From Neocallimastix sp. 'constans' (lineage: Eukaryota), in contig JBODTK010000149.1 in NCBI GenBank assembly GCA_050613775.1, positions 186,001 through 250,000 on the forward strand: DNA of 64,000 nt. The letters are read 5' to 3'. The translations under genes and the position numbers were made by a program. Every line of letters starts with the position of its first letter. The stretch's first letter is position 1. The notes below the pieces were generated by a model. That model was not told the DNA's origin, did no database searches, and saw only the letters and a list, made by a program, of their open reading frames with translations. Of this stretch, positions 59,673 through 64,000 are shown one piece after another.

Positions 59673-60754
59673 TGTTGAAATTATAACTGAATTGAAGTTT
59701 CAATTTCAGTTATTTACATTTCAATAATTAAAAATATTATTTATTTAATTATATATTATTATATAATTAATAATTAATATAAATTCTTGTTTAATATTTA
59801 AAGGGTTATCTTAGGCCTAATAATTCTGAGAATATTAATAAATAAGGTTTATATTAATAATTAATTTCAATACTACATTTGATATAAAACAAATATGTGT
59901 AGTAACATATTTGTATATTTAATAATAATTATTAAATATTAAATTTATATCTTTTTGATAATAATTATTTTATTTTATTTTATTTCAATATATATTATTA
60001 TAATTATAATAATTATAATACTTTAATTCATATAAAATTTATATAGTTCTATATATTAGAATATGTATTTAATATATTACCTATTTCTTATAAATTAAAT
60101 TATTTATATTAGAAATAGAGAACTCTCTTGTAAAATTTGAGGAATTAGAATTATTATTTAATTGTACGAATATTATAATTTTATTAATAAAATTTACTAA
60201 ACTACCATTATTTAAAACCCACTGCTTATAAATTATTGCACATAAAAGTCCCGCATATCACATTTGACGTCACGTGTATTTTATTTTTATTATGTTTTAT
60301 ATATTTTACAACATATCTATATTTAATTTCAATTATATAATTAAATTTATCTTTATATTTTATTAATATTTATATTACTACATTATTACTATTTACTATC
60401 TTATAATTAAATATTATTATTATGTAACTTAACAAAGTATAAAAGAAAGATGTAAAAATCTATCTTTTATGTTCTTTGTAAGGTTATTGTAAAATTACCT
60501 TAATAGTAATATATTATAGATATTTTATTATTAAATAAAATCAATAAATTTAAAATCAAATTAATTTGATAATTCTAATTATCAAAGTTTATTATAAATA
60601 AATTTTTATTAAACTAAACATTAAAATATTTATTATTATTATTATATATCTATATAGTATATTACTATATAGATATATCGACTTACTGAATATTTTTAAT
60701 AAAACATATTATTTTACTTAAATTTAAACTATAAATTATATCAAAATCTTAACA
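59673..60754 (+). mobile_element. Solo LTR related to elements C/B
   Basis: Starts TGTTGAAATTATAACTGAATTGAA like C and contains the same TATA...GTAAGGTTATTG block. Ends CTTAACA and is flanked by TTTTT on both sides (TSD in a poly-T tract). About 390 bp longer than the C LTR. Confidence 0.88.
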
Positions 60755-60793
60755 TTTTTTTTTGTTGTTGAAGTCGAGAAAATAACCAGATTT

Positions 60794-60824
<31 letters not shown>

Positions 60825-62126
60825 GTATATAATGAAATACAATTTAAAATATTGTTCAACATTCAGCATTTTATCAAAAAACTGTTTTTTTTTTTTTTTT
60901 TTTTTTTTTTTTGTTTATTTTATTATTTAAAATAATGTTATAAACCATCAAAAGTGAACTTTCTTATTTAAAAAAAAAAAGATAAATAGATTATTTTTTT
61001 TTTTTCAAAGAAAAAAACAGACAGAAAGACAATGGAAATAGATGAGATTACTCCTTAAAATAATGGATGTTTAATGTCGATGAGTCAATAAAACTGGTAT
61101 CATTTAAGAAGCTCTGCTCTACATCTACAACATATCCAAAGTTTTAACCTTTTAGCTGCGCTAGATCTCGAGATATTCCAATTAAAAAAAAAAAAACAAT
61201 GAATTTATAAATAAATACATTATTTCTTATTTTCTAAAGTTAATATATATTTTATATAAAATAGTATTCTAATTCTATAAATAACATTTGTTATAAAAGA
61301 AAAAATTATTTTTTAAATAATAATTTAGATTCCAATATTTTCCGGTAATAAGAAAGCTAAACAAATATCAAATCAGTTGTTATTATAAATAGATAATTTA
61401 ACAATTTTAAATCAATATTAAATTATCATATATCATACATCAATAAATTAATTATTAAATTATATATCAAATATCATTCAAAATCATTATTAATCATTTT
61501 ATAATAAGATCGATCAGCACTTTTATTCAACTGAAAGAAACACCTTTTAATGATTAATTGTAATTATTAAATGCTAATTAAATTCAACTTATAATTAATA
61601 TATTATATTAAAAAGAAATATTTAGTTATGACTTATCATTAAAAGATTATTTAACTTTATTAATAATTATATAAATATTTATACGAAATAGTCATTTTTA
61701 AATTAAAAAATTAGCCAGAGCTCTTATTTTAAAGAATATATTTGTTATTGTTTTAATTTAGAAATAATTTTTTGGAACAATCATTTATATTATTATTTAT
61801 ATTAAATAAAATATTTTATTAATACTCCAAAGAGTTATTATTTATAATGGGAAGCTATTTATTAACAATTTGGTGGAATACATCTCTAATGATCACCCAG
61901 GAGTATTCATGCTAATTGATTCTATAGATTCATCCATTTTCGTAAATCCATTAATGAGAGTAACTGCTCGGTCGTAATTATTCCTCATCCTATTAAAAAA
62001 AAAAAAAAAGTATTTTCAATTCAAAGAGTCACAATTGAGGCTCAACAATTTTATTTGTAACCTTGGATATACTTTTAAGTGGTAACTTTGTCATAAATAA
62101 ATTGAACTCAAATTTATGCTCTAATT

Positions 62127-62171
<45 letters not shown>

Positions 62172-62200
62172 TATTATTTATAAATTTTTAATATCTGATT

Positions 62201-64000
62201 TGTTAAATATCACAGTTATGTGTTTAATTACATTGTACATTATACTACATTATTAAGTGTAAAATATTTCTTTTATTCGATAATATAATGTAGTGTAACG
62301 TTAAATGTTACCAATAATGTTAGACTAGAAAATAAATATTAATAACATGTAATAACATATTCTTAAATGAATAAGGTCTTTCTAAATGTAAAAGCAATAA
62401 ATAAATAAATAAATAAATAAACACATAATAAAATATAAATATCTGAATTTAAGTGTTATATTTAACAGATTAAGAGTCTCATGACTCAATAATTCATTAA
62501 CAATTGCTGATATCAAAATCTAATATATTAAATATTAAACATTCATTAAATATTAAAATAAAGAAATATTGGCAGCCACATTAAAATGACTAAATCAGAT
62601 AATTCAACAGTTACGGGGAGTTCTTCAAAAACTTCTTCAAAGACAACAAAGACTACAAATACATCGAGTACAACAATGAATGATACTCTTGTCGAAGTAG
62701 AACCTCCAAATATTCAAACCAACACAATTAATAAATTTCACATTCAAAACTTTAGAATTACAAATGAAAACTTTCACAAATGGCATTCAGACTTAAAATT
62801 ATTCCTTGATTCTGAAGAATTGGGTGATTATATATCAAAGAATATCAAAGATATAAACACAAATAAAAAACATTTAAAATATGACAGTACAGTCAGAATT
62901 ATAATATTAAACAGCCTCGACGAATATACAAAAAGCTTATTAAATAATTGTACAAGTGCCTACTTAATGATAAAGGAATTAAAGGAAAGATTTTCAGAAA
63001 CAGGCCCTTCAAGATTATTTGAAATTGAAATGAAGATAAAAAAGCTAGAAATCGAAAACGATGACTTCAAACTGTATTTAGATAATCTTAACTTATTATT
63101 TACAGAATACAATAACGAGGCAAAATCTCAAAATAAGCCAGAACTAAGTGAAGAAACAAAAGTCTTGTATTCTTTAGAGGAACTAAATAAAGTCGGCATC
63201 GCATATTCATTCACATTTCTATATGTTGAAAAGACATTTAAGGATTTAAAAGAAGACATAACAAAACTAAGTACCATAATTAAGAAAAGTAAAAGTATTA
63301 AACGAGTAGAAATCAAGGAAACATATCAACACGAAGATCAAATTAATAGAGTCCGAAATGGGAAACTCCCATATAATTTTAATAAAGAAGCAAATTCCAA
63401 CGAATACTGTCAATATTGCCATAAAAATGGGCACACTACTGATAACTGTTTCTTCAATCCATCGAATTCACCAAATAATAACTATAGAGGAGAAAAGAAA
63501 AATATTAATAATAAGTCAAGAAACAAAATTAAAATTAAAAGAACATCTTTAAACAGGAAAGGTAGTAAAAGAAACTTCAAATTTTATAACGTTAATTATG
63601 AAGAACAAAACAATTCGAATTCAGATTCAGATCCTTCATTCGACTTCTGCTTCAATATAAAAACTAATTGTGTAAAAGATAATTTTAATAACAGTTCAAT
63701 AACTTCCAGGAACATAAGGGTAAATAAAGTAACTACCGAAATCTTAAAAGAAGAAAATAATATTATGGAAGATAACAATATAGAATCATGGATCATTGAT
63801 AGTGGAACAGGGATTAATTTATCTAAGAATATAAAAATACTATCAAACATTGAAGAAGTTGCTAATAGAGGAATTACATACCCAAACGGACAATCCGATA
63901 GAATATACAAAAAGGGTATGTACAAAGGGATGTATAAAAATAATAATTTTTCTATTGGAGAAGTATTTTATGCTCCAAACATACAAAATAATTTAATTTC
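62201..64000 (+). mobile_element. Ty1/Copia LTR retrotransposon, 5' part (runs off window)
   Basis: 267-bp LTR 62201-62467 with 10-bp terminal IR TGTTAAATAT...ATATTTAACA; PBS 62468-62483; gag-pol ORF follows. Confidence 0.92.
62586..64000 (+). CDS. Copia Gag-Pol polyprotein (N-terminal part; absent from the ORF track because there is no stop in the window)
   Basis: One frame from ATG 62586: ITNENFHKWHSDLKLFLDSEELGDYI (Copia gag), zinc knuckle CQYCHKNGHTTDNC at ~63408, protease WIIDSGT at 63789. Confidence 0.9.
   Translation, partial: MTKSDNSTVTGSSSKTSSKTTKTTNTSSTTMNDTLVEVEPPNIQTNTINKFHIQNFRITNENFHKWHSDLKLFLDSEELGDYISKNIKDINTNKKHLKYDSTVRIIILNSLDEYTKSLLNNCTSAYLMIKELKERFSETGPSRLFEIEMKIKKLEIENDDFKLYLDNLNLLFTEYNNEAKSQNKPELSEETKVLYSLEELNKVGIAYSFTFLYVEKTFKDLKEDITKLSTIIKKSKSIKRVEIKETYQHEDQINRVRNGKLPYNFNKEANSNEYCQYCHKNGHTTDNCFFNPSNSPNNNYRGEKKNINNKSRNKIKIKRTSLNRKGSKRNFKFYNVNYEEQNNSNSDSDPSFDFCFNIKTNCVKDNFNNSSITSRNIRVNKVTTEILKEENNIMEDNNIESWIIDSGTGINLSKNIKILSNIEEVANRGITYPNGQSDRIYKKGMYKGMYKNNNFSIGEVFYAPNIQNNLI

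Noticed and set aside
61020..62120. GC-richer patches (61020-61180, 61870-62120) as exons or transposon ends
   Set aside because: Frames contain stops, and no partner TIR or family could be identified by eye.
63128..63925. Short ORFs at 63128, 63358 and 63596
   Set aside because: Alternative-frame or antisense shadows of the Copia gag-pol ORF starting at 62586.

Overview
Extremely AT-rich, intron-rich eukaryotic DNA. Composition, intron style and repeat content suggest an anaerobic gut fungus (Neocallimastigomycota), which is an inference. The left half has three spliced host genes: NOT3/CNOT3 (-), a large WD40+HEAT protein resembling WDR87/WDR97 (+), and a cyclin T/K-like gene (-). It also has a cluster of Mutator-type MITEs, Copia remnants and many microsatellites. 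The right half is transposon-rich. A decayed MULE with a 9-bp TSD lies next to an intron-containing tRNA-Ile(UAU) gene. Immediately upstream of that tRNA is a 17-kb nest of three young LTR elements. A non-coding LTR element (A) sits 16 bp upstream of the tRNA, at the Ty3-like position. Two different intact Ty3/Gypsy elements (B and C) are inserted head-to-head at the same 5-bp site inside A's LTR, leaving three TACAA copies. All three appear to self-prime like Tf1, and B and C share an A_AAA_AAC plus hairpin -1 frameshift signal. A solo LTR and the 5' part of a Copia element end the window. The Copia PBS matches the anticodon arm of tRNA-Lys(CUU), suggesting half-tRNA priming. Everything was read by eye with no database searches; coordinates may be off by a base or two.
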